Source: a virus
Lineage: Duplodnaviria > Caudoviricetes
DNA: 56,849 nt
Strand: one strand, 5' to 3'
IMG/VR virus record: IMGVR_UViG_3300019871_000001
Coordinates: 1-56,849 of that record
Made by a program: the position numbers and the translations under genes. The notes below the pieces were generated by a model. The model made no database searches, was not told the origin of the DNA, and was given only the letters and a program-made list of their open reading frames with translations. Shown here in pieces: positions 45,864 through 56,581 of the stretch (the first letter of the stretch is position 1; each line of letters opens with the position of its first letter).

Positions 45864-47443
45864 CACTGTGGCACGCTGGTGGTATTATTCGAAGATGCAA
45901 CGTCACAAGGTTAAGGAGATGCGTGAACTCGAAAAAGCGAATAAAGCGCACTCTCGACTTGAGACGGTCGAACGCAAGCGGGACGCATAGGGATCGTAGG
46001 ACACGACGCCTTCGATCGCGACAGGCACGCAGGGAGCAACAAATACGCGACAACGAACGTGAGGAGTGACAATAATGAAGCACACTCATAACTATAAGTT
46101 CGTGAAGTACATTGGTGGGAAATGTCGACATTGCAAGTTGCATATTCAGGCGCAATACAAATGTAACGACAAAACGTGCAACACCGTCATTAAGCGCAAT
46201 CACAAATGCTTGGGGAAGGGTGCTAGAGATGGGTACTAGGATTAATGTTGGTACGGGACCGCATGAGCACGTGTGGGCGTCACACAGAAGGAAGAAGAAG
46301 TGCAAGACGTGCGGTCAGTTTCAGGAAATTGTGTTGAAGTGTATTATGATCGGATGTCCAAGTAAGAAGACAGAGAATTACCCGTGTAATTGTAAGTAGG
46401 AATTGAGGCGTGATGAAGGCAACTTGTGGATCATGTGACAATGAATGGCCTGGCGAAACTGCTAGGGCTCATTGTTCAGTGTGCCACCACACATTTTCAA
46501 ATGCAAAGCTCTTTGATGCGCATAGGTGGGCGCGCGGAAGAGGACATGGTTGCCTTCATCCAACACGCATTGAGTTGACATTGAAAGACGGTACGTGGTA
46601 CTCTAAGGAGGACGATGATGGCTAGGATTACTTGCATTGAGGGACATGATCTCCCACGACCATTCTTGGGGGACACGACATGCCCTGAGTGTGTGAAGAA
46701 AAGGGAGAAAAAGGGCACTTGGAAGACACGAAGCACGAATCACCGCACAGCCACTAAGAAATTCTTGGAGAAAAAGAACAAGAAAGAGGGTAAGTAAGTG
46801 AGTAAGAAGCGCGAGTTGACGGATGAGCAGAAGATGCTCATGTTCAAGTTTCTCATGTCGTTGAACGTTGTGCGTAATGGGAAGATTTATGTGGGTACGG
46901 TGTCACATAAGGAGAAGATGCGACGACGCGCTAAGGGCAAAGTTGCGAAGGCTACTCGAAAGGGGAATCGTTGATGGCACAGATCGATGGTGAGGACGCT
47001 AAGGTGAAGCGCACGTACAAAGTCAACGGGCATGACGTTTCGTTTGGCATCGCTGTGTTCGCCGCTGTTGTAGGGCTCCTCATCCTTGCGGTGTCAAGTG
47101 CATTCTTTGGGTTGGTGGTGGCGGGGGTGTTCACGATCTTCGGTGCCCCGACCGTGACGATGATTGGTGTGTGGATTGGGAGTAGCATTGCGTTCTTCCT
47201 TGATGCGTTGTATCGTGGGGTGAGTAGTGGAGAGTAAGGCGTGGTTTTTGGCACAGATTGCTGAGGTAGGGCAGCAAGCGGGGAGCGATTATCATGATGG
47301 TGAGCATGTCGAGGGGTGGTTTGGGTTTGACGTCAACGAACGTGATGGTAAGGTGTTCCTTGTCGCGCATTATGCGCCCGCACTTGATGAGGGCGTAGGG
47401 GAAACTCAGGTTAGGGAGTGGGAATTGAAGGCGAGGGGGAAGT

Positions 47444-48115
47444 ATGAGTATTGAGATTGTAGGGTATACACAGATCGATGAACTTGCTATTGCGTGGTAT
47501 ATGCGCTCAGAATATGACACTTCTTCTGCGGAGACGCTGGTGGAGTTTGCGGGGCGTGCTTGTTATCAGTCGTTCAACAAGCCTAACGAAGCCACGCGCT
47601 CGAACAAAGATTACTTGGCAAATATCCTTGATCAGGGGCATGAGAGCGTCTTGGAGCACGCTAGTGTGTCGTTCTACGTGACAGGGTTCTCGCGCAACAT
47701 GCTCCTTGAACTTGAGAGGCACCGACACCTATCGTTCTCTGTTATCTCGACACGTTTCGTTGACGCCACTAAAATGCAGGTGGTGATTCCCCCGGCGCTA
47801 CGTGTTGGAGACAAGACGCTTGAAGAGCTCCCGCCTGAGACTGTGGACACGTACAATAGTATTGTGGAGCATCTACTTAATCAGGGCAAGACGCGCAAGG
47901 AAGCACGTGAAGCAGCACGTTACCTACTCCCGGGTAACTTGGAGACGAAGTTTGTACTGACGGGTAACTTACGAGCGTATCGTGATGTGTTGAAGAAGCG
48001 TTGGTCACAGCACGCAGACGCTGAGATTCGCTTGCTTGCAGCTGAGATTCTTGCTAAGCTACGTGAACACGCACCGAACGTCTTCCAAGATTTCCCTACG
48101 GTGCCCTTTACGTAA
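47444..48115 (+). CDS. thyX: flavin-dependent thymidylate synthase
   Basis: GRACYQS, GHESVLEH, RHRHLSFSVISTR, REAARYLLP, HADAEIR. Confidence 0.95.
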   Translation: MSIEIVGYTQIDELAIAWYMRSEYDTSSAETLVEFAGRACYQSFNKPNEATRSNKDYLANILDQGHESVLEHASVSFYVTGFSRNMLLELERHRHLSFSVISTRFVDATKMQVVIPPALRVGDKTLEELPPETVDTYNSIVEHLLNQGKTRKEAREAARYLLPGNLETKFVLTGNLRAYRDVLKKRWSQHADAEIRLLAAEILAKLREHAPNVFQDFPTVPFT

Positions 48116-48872
48116 GGAGTGACACATGACAATGCCAAACGGCCCGATGGGAGCTCTTTTAAGCTTTAAAAGCGATATTCCTTCGTGTATGGCATATCGT
48201 AACATGCTCGTGAATTCGGATGAGTACGAGTGGATGGGTAAAGAAGCGTTTGATGAGATGCTGAATTACAATGAACCTCAGAGGGAAGCAGATGGTTTTT
48301 GTAATTGCCGCCCACCGTACAATGGTGCAGTATGGAGTCAAGTCATGGCGCTTCCCGAAAGTAAGGTTAAGCCTCTTGCAAAGAATCGCTTTATCGACAC
48401 GCTAGAGGACTTTCAGGAAGAGATTGAGGCAGAGCGTCAGGATAACGTGCGACGTGGTCGGGCACCGATGGATGTTATGTAGTTTGCCTTCTGAATAAGG
48501 AGGTGATACACTTGAGTGGCAAAAAAGGGCGAACAGGAAAGAAGCGCACTTCTACAGCCCCGAAAAGGGGAGGTAAGAAGGATGGTAGGCGCACAGCGAA
48601 TGGGCGCAAGAAGCGTAAGAAGTAACATGTAACGTAGAGTAAGGAGAGTGTGACATGCAGGTTCCTACGATTCGTGAAGTTTACACTGTCGATGAATTTG
48701 TCAAGGGCAAGATGAGGAAGTACGAAGTTGTGGACCTATTTGACTTTGACCTCCCCAACCCTGTATACTCTGCTTACACCGAACGTGAAGCTGAAGATTT
48801 CATCCTCGGATGGTTGGATGGCTGATTAAACTTCCCGGCGATGTCTCCCGCATCGTAACATGAAACGGGAGG

Positions 48873-48915
48873 AGAACCCCACACCAAAGCGGGCGCTGAG
48901 GTGTGGGGTTCTTTG
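48873..48915 (+). terminator. intrinsic terminator
   Basis: AGAACCCCACACC/GGTGTGGGGTTCT followed by TT. Confidence 0.65.
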
Positions 48916-48946
48916 TGTCTTGACCTGGGATATGTAGCGTCCTGAC

Positions 48947-49366
48947 ATGGAAGGTTACGATTTGATTCTAGACGTGTACGTGGCTGGTGAGCCTGTACCA
49001 CAAGGCTCTTTGGCGCAGGGCGCTGGGGGCAGGATGTATTGGGCGAACAGTAAGCGCCTACGTCCATGGCGTAAGGCTATGACTGACGCGTGTCAGGCGT
49101 TCATGCCGCGCAATTGGGGCGATGGGTATGATGATGCGGTGCGCGTTGAGTTGACGTTCTATCATACACGCGGCGCGAGCGTTAAGCGACGATACAAGGT
49201 CACGGCTGGTGATAGTGATAAATTGGCGCGTGCTGCCCTCGACTCCCTTACAGATGCAAAGCTTTACACAGATGACTCACGTGTGGTAGAATTGATGGTA
49301 AGCAAGCATTACGCAGATGATCATGAACCTGGTGTTATCATCCGCGCATGGACACTACCACACTAA
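48947..49366 (+). CDS. rusA: RusA-like Holliday junction resolvase
   Basis: GEPVPQGS; DSDKLARAALDSLT...DDSRVV. Confidence 0.9.
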   Translation: MEGYDLILDVYVAGEPVPQGSLAQGAGGRMYWANSKRLRPWRKAMTDACQAFMPRNWGDGYDDAVRVELTFYHTRGASVKRRYKVTAGDSDKLARAALDSLTDAKLYTDDSRVVELMVSKHYADDHEPGVIIRAWTLPH

Positions 49367-49438
49367 GGAGTCGTATCATGAAGAATGTGACATGCGATAG
49401 CGATTGTAAAGAATGCATTTTCGCATGTCACATGGACC

Positions 49439-50077
49439 ATGAGAACGACGACGATGAAGATACAAAGGAGAGTGATCAAGTTGAGCGACCCATCGTGGAT
49501 TGTGGAGAAAACCGCTGAGGCTTATGCAGAGGTCTTGGATGAGGAATGGGATGCACTCTCTCCCGAAAGGCAAATGAAGTTTCGCATCTTGGCATACAAC
49601 GTTCTAGACAATCACATGCGCAACAAAATCAATGGGATGAAGCTCAGCATTAGTGTTGTTGAGGATGTTCTGTGTGCGCCTAGCACACCCAAGCGTTGGT
49701 TGCCTGGCGTGCAGGAGGCTAAGAATGCGTTGTTCTTCGCGTTGGAGATTGAAGGCGATGCGTTGGAGGTGCGCGTAAACATCCCTGAGAGCGTCCCTAA
49801 CGGCCTAGAATCCCACGACCCATACTCGACCCTCGAAGCGGGGGATTTGGACCCCTATGAAGCGATGGGGGACAAGAGTGAGAGGTGTGGGAAGGTGCAT
49901 GGTGAAGGGTGGAGCTGTACACGCCCCGTACACCCTGAGCATTTTCAGTGTTGGGACGCAGAACCCGCAGAGTTCTATCGTGACTGTGAGGGCGAAATCC
50001 TCGTAACGTGGACCAGTGAAGATGAATTGACGTCTGTACACCCAGCAGTGTTGGAGTATGACGGTCCACAAGAATAA
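49439..50077 (+). CDS. hypothetical protein
   Basis: ORF track; C-terminal C..CTRP.H..H cluster. Confidence 0.6.
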   Translation: MRTTTMKIQRRVIKLSDPSWIVEKTAEAYAEVLDEEWDALSPERQMKFRILAYNVLDNHMRNKINGMKLSISVVEDVLCAPSTPKRWLPGVQEAKNALFFALEIEGDALEVRVNIPESVPNGLESHDPYSTLEAGDLDPYEAMGDKSERCGKVHGEGWSCTRPVHPEHFQCWDAEPAEFYRDCEGEILVTWTSEDELTSVHPAVLEYDGPQE

Positions 50078-50160
50078 TACTGCGTGGCATTGCAAAACCC
50101 CTCACCATGTGATACGGTGAGGGGTTTGCTATTTCTCAGGTATTATGGTATGATGTACGG

Positions 50161-50862
50161 ATGACTGAAGAAATGACGATGGAGGAGCGCATTGCCTTCG
50201 GTAAGGCTCTCATCTCCACTAAGCACCCTGAACTATACACCTATTTGGCGAGGCGCGCAAGGGCATGGAGGACTGATGATAGTAGGATTGAGGACATCAT
50301 CAGTGGGACCATTGAAAGGTTGTTGATTGAGAACACCGTGAAGCCTTTCGACAACGCTCGTACGTTGTGGGGACGCGCCACAAATATTGCCAAGGAAGAG
50401 ATTGCCCAAAGCTTCGCCTCACGCTTGCCTCTAAGCGGGGTTAAGTTTCAGGCGCACCGCACAGCCACACTCGCACTACAGGCCGCTGGTGGCGATCCTA
50501 AGGCTGCGTATCACATGCAAACGGGAACGTCGCGCGTAGGACGTGAACTCCTATTTGCTGTGGCACATGGTCCATCCCTCTACTCCCCTGAGTACATGCA
50601 AGACCTGAACCCTCTAGACGATGAGAATTTGAGCGTCTTGTCGTCACAAGATGAGGATAACATTCGTATCGCCATTGCATCGCTGAGTGAAAAAGAGCAG
50701 ACTGTGGTGAGGAATCGTATGTGGTTGAGGATGACGAATAAGCAGTGTGCTGAAGAGATGCAGGTGAGTGTGGAGAACGTTAGGAAGACGTGGGCATCTG
50801 CGCTCAAGAAATTGCGCCCTGTCCTCCAAACCTCTTTGTCTGACAAGTATTCCGACATGTAG
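50161..50862 (+). CDS. sigma-factor-like protein (region 4 HTH)
   Basis: IASLSEKEQTVV...TNKQCAEEMQVSVENVRKTWASALKKLR. Confidence 0.75.
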   Translation: MTEEMTMEERIAFGKALISTKHPELYTYLARRARAWRTDDSRIEDIISGTIERLLIENTVKPFDNARTLWGRATNIAKEEIAQSFASRLPLSGVKFQAHRTATLALQAAGGDPKAAYHMQTGTSRVGRELLFAVAHGPSLYSPEYMQDLNPLDDENLSVLSSQDEDNIRIAIASLSEKEQTVVRNRMWLRMTNKQCAEEMQVSVENVRKTWASALKKLRPVLQTSLSDKYSDM

Positions 50863-50972
50863 CATGTGCACGAGAACACACGACAGGCGTTAATCCTCTC
50901 AACGCTGTCAAGCCTCTCATAGTGCGCCCTACATTCGTTGAGTTGTACTCGCGTCATGTACGCGCGACGCAC

Positions 50973-51021
50973 AAAAGCCCCATGTTACAGGTCCCCTTCC
51001 ACCTGTAACATGGGGCTTTTT
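50973..51021. terminator. bidirectional terminator at convergence
   Basis: AAAAGCCCCATGTTACAGGT/ACCTGTAACATGGGGCTTTT. Confidence 0.9.
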
Positions 51022-51341
51022 CATGCCCTTTTACACACATCACTCGACAAACTTCGCCAAGTCTTTCAGAGTATCAGCGAATGCAATTGCATCTGCACGT
51101 GAAAGTTCAATGACAGTAACATCATCACCTTCACGCATCAAAAGCACCAACCCCTTGATAAGAACCTCAGCGTCCAAATAATCCGTCGTAATGTACTTGT
51201 CATACACTACAATACGTCGTTTACCATACGCCACACTCATTTCTTACCCCCACGCTTCTTCACCACAGTACCCTTCTCCTGTGCCTTGTCAATCTTCTTA
51301 TCGCTCTTCTTCACCTTACGCGGGATTTTCTCAATCATACA

Positions 51342-51650
51342 TCACACTCCATACTCTTCGTAGGCTTCCATCAACTTATCATTAGCGTCTTCCAAGGCGT
51401 GCTTAACCTTGATTTTATCATCGATCATACTAGCATTCCAAAACCCTAGCCCTAGTATACCAGGAAGTGTGATGACATGCAACACAAAGAATTGAGGATC
51501 AAATAAAATCCCTGTAATAACACAAGTGGCCTCTACCAAAAACCACACCACCCATACAAAGGCAATGAACCATGTCTCAGCACGAAACCCCTCAAGATTT
51601 CGTGTAGCCACCTTAACGTCTTGCTGTGCGTCGCGCACTAGATAGTGCAT
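51342..51650 (-). CDS. membrane protein
   Basis: Two TMs; similar layout to the upstream ORF. Confidence 0.6.
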   Translation of the reverse strand: MHYLVRDAQQDVKVATRNLEGFRAETWFIAFVWVVWFLVEATCVITGILFDPQFFVLHVITLPGILGLGFWNASMIDDKIKVKHALEDANDKLMEAYEEYGV

Positions 51651-51979
51651 TACAGTGCCTCCCTCTGCATCTGCGCAGCAATCAAAGCATCCTGCGCGCT
51701 CAGCATCGTTTCCTTAGCGTTACGCACCGTGTGCTTTTGCGTACTCAACGTATCCGCATTCCTAACCCCACACCACAACTGTACGAACGCACAGAAACAC
51801 TGAAACAGCACAACCCACGATGCAGGGAAGACCACGGCACACGTCACGCAGAAGAAGAACATGACGATGTTGAGTGTGAGCATAGCACGCACAAGGCGCT
51901 GAAAGTTACGCTCTGAACGGTAGTATGACTCGGCGAATGCTGCGTCACGTGCAAGTTCTGTTACACTTTCGTTATACAT
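51650..51979 (-). CDS. membrane protein
   Basis: Start MYNESV after GAGAGGTTTGA; two TMs. Confidence 0.6.
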   Translation of the reverse strand: MYNESVTELARDAAFAESYYRSERNFQRLVRAMLTLNIVMFFFCVTCAVVFPASWVVLFQCFCAFVQLWCGVRNADTLSTQKHTVRNAKETMLSAQDALIAAQMQREAL

Positions 51980-51997
51980 ATCAAACCTCTCTAAGGA

Positions 51998-52178
51998 ATT
52001 AGTGATGTAGCAGGGTGGTGGTGTAGTTACACCGTAACCTACACTTTCCCAGCGTAAGACCCATTTAGTGATGGGTGACGGTAGTGTAGGTCGATTTTTT
52101 GTGTATATAGAGAATTCTATGAAAATTCCCAAAGAATACTTTCTAAAACACCCCCCGGAACCGTCACCCGTCACCTTT
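51998..52178. repeat. ~180-bp direct repeat copy 2, origin-like
   Basis: Matches 31277-31456. Confidence 0.9.
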
Positions 52179-52474
52179 CACGATTCAGAAGCGTTAGGGA
52201 CGCGTGAGGATGGCAATGCACGGTTCCACCACCATCACGCCCATGAGGGCGCATAGCGTAAACCACGCTACGGTCAAACCTCTCATTTTCCACGTCACAG
52301 TCTCAAACCTCTCATGCATTGTAGCAATGAACTTACGACATGTACAACGATGATGAGAGCGCCAAGCATCGCCATAATCATGGCAACGGAACTCCCGAAA
52401 TTGCAGCGCACACCAGCATCACGAAAAACCACACTACTGAAAACACGATCATGATGAGTCCTACACGCGTCAGG

Positions 52475-52942
52475 TCAGACATCATACGCCACCAACTCCC
52501 CTTCCAAATACCCCACCTGATCACTATCGACGTAATTCACCCACGTAGGAAGGTGCATCTCCAAATACTCCTCTCGGGGCGTATCGGCGACGCCAACAAT
52601 ATTATTCACCGTATGCACACGACGCATCTTCAAAACCCCATCAGGCAAAAGGTAGCACTCGGCTACAGGGACGCGCACCTCCACCCCATCCACCATATCC
52701 TGATAAATACTAGCTTCAAGCTCATTCTGCTCCAACCCCCACCGTGGATTACACCACCCATCGCTGCGTGGGACTTTATACACCCACTCCTCCCCAATAT
52801 AAGCCCTACGCGTCCCGCCCGTGTTACACGGCCAATCAAGGTAGTCGTGCTCATCGCTGACAATGCTCACGATGTGCCCATGCTCATACCTCTTGATTGC
52901 AGGGTGCATCGGGGCGCTGTGTGTGCGCTTGCGTGATCCCAT
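52475..52942 (-). CDS. protein-kinase-like-fold small protein
   Basis: GGTRRAY...VYKVP...NELE...DQVGYLEGELVAYD. Confidence 0.4.
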   Translation of the reverse strand: MGSRKRTHSAPMHPAIKRYEHGHIVSIVSDEHDYLDWPCNTGGTRRAYIGEEWVYKVPRSDGWCNPRWGLEQNELEASIYQDMVDGVEVRVPVAECYLLPDGVLKMRRVHTVNNIVGVADTPREEYLEMHLPTWVNYVDSDQVGYLEGELVAYDV

Positions 52943-53015
52943 CTCCTCAATCCTTTCTCACAATGAGGGTGTTACACATTGCGTGTAATGTGTAACACCC
53001 TCATACCTTTCTGTA

Positions 53016-53423
53016 TCAGGCAGCTACGCGCACGGAGACACGCTTGCCCTTGTTGTGATCATCGATGCTTGCGTGAGTGTACGTACCCTTGGCACGCGAA
53101 AGGGCAAAGGCAGCAGCCTCAAAACTCTTGTACCCTACGATCGTGTCATTCAGCACGAGAGAGAAGCGCTTGCCATGCGTCGCCAACAGTTCGACTTCCC
53201 ACGCCGCAATGGGGTACGTAACACCCTCAACGCTCTCAACATTCGGGGGCGTCAGGTCGTTCCACGCGGTGATCATGCGCACCTTCTGCGCATCCACGCC
53301 CTTGCGCTTGCTCTTTTCACCCTTGAGTTCAAGCGTACCATCAGCATTGAGTGCGCTCACGGTGTACTCAACCTTACCATTGCCAATAGCAACAACGTCA
53401 CCCTCAACAAAGTTGTGCGACAT
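53016..53423 (-). CDS. hypothetical early protein
   Basis: ORF with GAAAGGTTTGA RBS motif; SH3-like N-terminus. Confidence 0.6.
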   Translation of the reverse strand: MSHNFVEGDVVAIGNGKVEYTVSALNADGTLELKGEKSKRKGVDAQKVRMITAWNDLTPPNVESVEGVTYPIAAWEVELLATHGKRFSLVLNDTIVGYKSFEAAAFALSRAKGTYTHASIDDHNKGKRVSVRVAA

Positions 53424-54157
53424 GATGTCAAACCTTTCGTATTGCCACTCAAAGCTTTTGAATGGTCACACCACGTATGAACGCTTCTTCCGGCAGTTCA
53501 TACGCAGTGAAATCATTCAATCACTCACTGTAAGCAAGCCTAGCACTCACCACGTTTCGCGTCAAGCCCTTCACCGTGACATGTGTGGGAGCGCCCGCCC
53601 CAAATTTCGACACCACGTGCACATCACCCTCATCATCCCTCACATACCACTCGTTGAGTCCCAAAAAGATCTCACCGATGGGGATGTACTGCGTGTTCTT
53701 CGTTGCGTTCATCCTGCGGTGTGACGTACGTGCACTCATGCCCTCAACCTTTCGTTTTTTGCCTTACAACGTTCACAAATCGCTACGTCCCCTAAGGTGG
53801 TGTGTTTCTCAAGTGTAGTGGCTTCGTTCTCGCAAAGCAACCACCACTTGCAAACCCCCTCCCTTAAGTGCTTGGGAAGTTGTGCGTTCTTCATGTCAAT
53901 AACCTATCCTGTGGGCGCAAGGGTGTCAAGACATTCCCCAAATAAATTCCTACACCTCTCACCTCAAATCTGAGAGCCTCAACCCCATCCCCGGTATCCT
54001 AACCCTCGTGCCCTGTGTGAGGCGCTTAGAGAGCATCTCAGGGCCCCTTTTGCACCCCTCACGCCCTCAAGGCGTACGGAAGACACGAAAAAGCCCCACA
54101 CCGTGAGGCATGGGGCTCAATCGCTCATATGTTCTATTGTCACAAACCGCCCTTACA

Positions 54158-54610
54158 TCACCAATTCGTGCTGAACAACCATCCACCTTCCTCAACAATG
54201 TCCCCACCAATCACAAGGTCACGGGCGTATGCCTCATAGTCAAAGTAACACACCAACACGTCAGGAACACCCTCAAGGGCCCCTGTCTCCTCCACATACT
54301 GCACAGCATACTCAAGGGGCGTCTGTCCCCCAATGAAGGCGCTTTCGTACGCCTCAAGCAACTCCTTCACCTCACACGTGTCATTGGCCTCAAACCCTGA
54401 CACACCAATGAAAGCCTCAACGCTCCCCACGTTGTCATCGTTGAGATACTCAAGGTTTTCAAACACCTCTAGAGCCTCAATCAATTCCGCACTGAGTTCT
54501 TGCACTTCTTCCGCGACCCTCTCCGGGTTGTGCGACACCGAAGTGAGCGTGCTTGTGACGGCGATGGCGTAGCCAAGGGTGAAGTTGTCACGAATTTCTT
54601 TGAGCGTCAT
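54158..54610 (-). CDS. ardA: ArdA-like antirestriction (DNA mimic) protein
   Basis: Highly acidic; VPDVLVCYFDYEAYARDLVIGGD. Confidence 0.8.
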   Translation of the reverse strand: MTLKEIRDNFTLGYAIAVTSTLTSVSHNPERVAEEVQELSAELIEALEVFENLEYLNDDNVGSVEAFIGVSGFEANDTCEVKELLEAYESAFIGGQTPLEYAVQYVEETGALEGVPDVLVCYFDYEAYARDLVIGGDIVEEGGWLFSTNW

Positions 54611-54707
54611 GCCAAACCTCTTTCATTGCGTTGTGTCCCTAGAGCGTAAGGGATCAAAGCAACCTATGTCAAGCCTCTTAAGACGTGACACAGATCACTC
54701 AAACCTC

Positions 54708-55094
54708 TCAAACATAAAGCTTGCCATCATCCCCAACATACAAATCTTGCTCACCAAATGTCTTAGACCATGTGGTGAGTTCGGCTCCCAACTCACCCCA
54801 TCCCTTATCCCAAAACCCTGCCCCGTGCCCATTACGTGTCAGTGCAAAGTTGTGGCCAAAGTCTTCCGCCGTCAAACTACCCGCACCATCCATGTCCAAA
54901 GCAATGGTCAAGAACCCATGACAATCGTCCTCAATTTCCTGGCGCGCCACCGGGCTGACGTCCTCTGCGCCAAAGTTCTCATCCATCGGGGTGGGGTTGT
55001 CGCCGATCATGCGGGAGTAATCCTGTCCAACCCAAAGCAGTGTCTCGACATACTGATCAATCATCTCTACCAGGAACGTCTTCATGTAGCTCAT
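54708..55094 (-). CDS. acidic conserved phage early protein
   Basis: GHNFALTRNGHGAGFWD...YVGDDGKLYV. Confidence 0.65.
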   Translation of the reverse strand: MSYMKTFLVEMIDQYVETLLWVGQDYSRMIGDNPTPMDENFGAEDVSPVARQEIEDDCHGFLTIALDMDGAGSLTAEDFGHNFALTRNGHGAGFWDKGWGELGAELTTWSKTFGEQDLYVGDDGKLYV

Positions 55095-55161
55095 CTCAAA
55101 GCCTTTCATTGTGTCCCTCACTGCCTTACAACTACTAATCTACGCTACCCCATGGGGCATG

Positions 55162-55617
55162 TCAAGCGTTCTTACGAACTTTCCTGCGTGTCTTCCAAGT
55201 GGCCAAGCGCCACGTGAGAATGAACGGGATGAGGCACACCAGCACTGCCACAATGACCCCTAGGGTGTACGGAGACACGATGAACAGTGTCACGGCACCA
55301 ACACCCCCAAGGTGCCAAACCAAGCGCTTACACGCCCTCTTAGAGGTCTTGCCCTTGAACCCCTCAACGAGCAACGTCAAGAGGTACACAGCGGTGCGCA
55401 AGGGCGACACACGCGCTTTGCGCTCACGCTTGGGGGTGATGTCCTCAACGGCTTGTGCGGTGGCCTTACGGGCAGCCTCAAGGGCCGTACGGGCGATGTC
55501 ACGCGTGCTGCCAGGGATGGGCTCATTGGCGGGGCGCTTGCCGTGCAAGGCATCGGTGATCATGATGTTCCTCTCAAGCGTTCGTGGTGTTGACACAACC
55601 CTAGTCGGATTGAGCAA
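55162..55617 (-). CDS. membrane-associated early protein
   Basis: C-terminal TMs; probable start MITD. Confidence 0.55.
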   Translation of the reverse strand: MLNPTRVVSTPRTLERNIMITDALHGKRPANEPIPGSTRDIARTALEAARKATAQAVEDITPKRERKARVSPLRTAVYLLTLLVEGFKGKTSKRACKRLVWHLGGVGAVTLFIVSPYTLGVIVAVLVCLIPFILTWRLATWKTRRKVRKNA

Positions 55618-56263
55618 CCCATGTCAATACCTCAAAGGTGTGACACGGATCACTCGACTCAACTAGCGCTTGCGTGCAAGAAGTGCGTCACCGAGCTGTG
55701 TCCACAACGCCACAGCAGCCTCAAAGGTCATTTCGGCCGTGACCTCTATCGTCTCATCACGCCAAGCGTGAGACAACTCAACCACCACGTCTGTGTAGTC
55801 ATCCTGTCCAACGCGTGCGGTGGCGTTGCGGACGTTGTCAAGGGTGATGTATTGCTTGCTCATGCGTTTGCCCTTCGCTTGTGTGCCTCAAGCCTAGCCT
55901 AACAGAGCAACCTAGGTCAAGCGATATGACCTAGATCACCCTGATGGGCTACGCAAAGTCTGTGGCCTCAAACAGGTCAAACGCTGCGTTGTATACCTCA
56001 AGCCCATGCTCACGCATCAGCAAGCGAGAGACGCTCACGAAGGTGTCATGATCGTGTGTTGCCGCCTCAAGCAACGCGTCCGCCAAGTACTCAACGAGCG
56101 ACTTCACACGCATGCACTCATGTCCCATGCTGCCCTTCACGTCCTCAAACACCATGCCGCACGTGGTGCACGAGACCTTGACCTCAAGCGTGTCCTTCAT
56201 GACGTTCCCCTTGCGCTCGGTGTTGCTTACCCCTCAAAACACTAATCACCTCAAGCACATGTG

Positions 56264-56581
56264 TCAAGGGGTGTGAGGCACCAATGTCACGTCAGTGGGT
56301 GTGATGAGCGCCACATACCGTGTGCTGCCACACGTAGCGTTGCCATTGACACGGCAGTCCCACCCTGCCTCATCCTCCTCGCCCTGAAACGCCACCTGAG
56401 CGCGGTATGCCTCAAGGGTGAGGGTGTCATACTTCACCTCAAGGGTTTGAGCGGCACAGGCGAACAGAGAGGCCGTCAGGATGCCCCCAAGCGCCAACGA
56501 AGCGATACGTTTGATTGCATTATAACGCATTATAATGCGCCTCCATCCGTCTAGGGAAGGGTGTATCTGGCACCCCTGCAC
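56264..56581 (-). CDS. putative lipoprotein
   Basis: Signal-like segment ending LFAC; EEDEAGWDCRVNGNATCG. Confidence 0.5.
   Translation of the reverse strand: MQGCQIHPSLDGWRRIIMRYNAIKRIASLALGGILTASLFACAAQTLEVKYDTLTLEAYRAQVAFQGEEDEAGWDCRVNGNATCGSTRYVALITPTDVTLVPHTP

Noticed and set aside
51980-52174. N-terminal extension of ORF 51650..52174
   Set aside because: Runs through the non-coding repeat; a better start with RBS motif is at 51979
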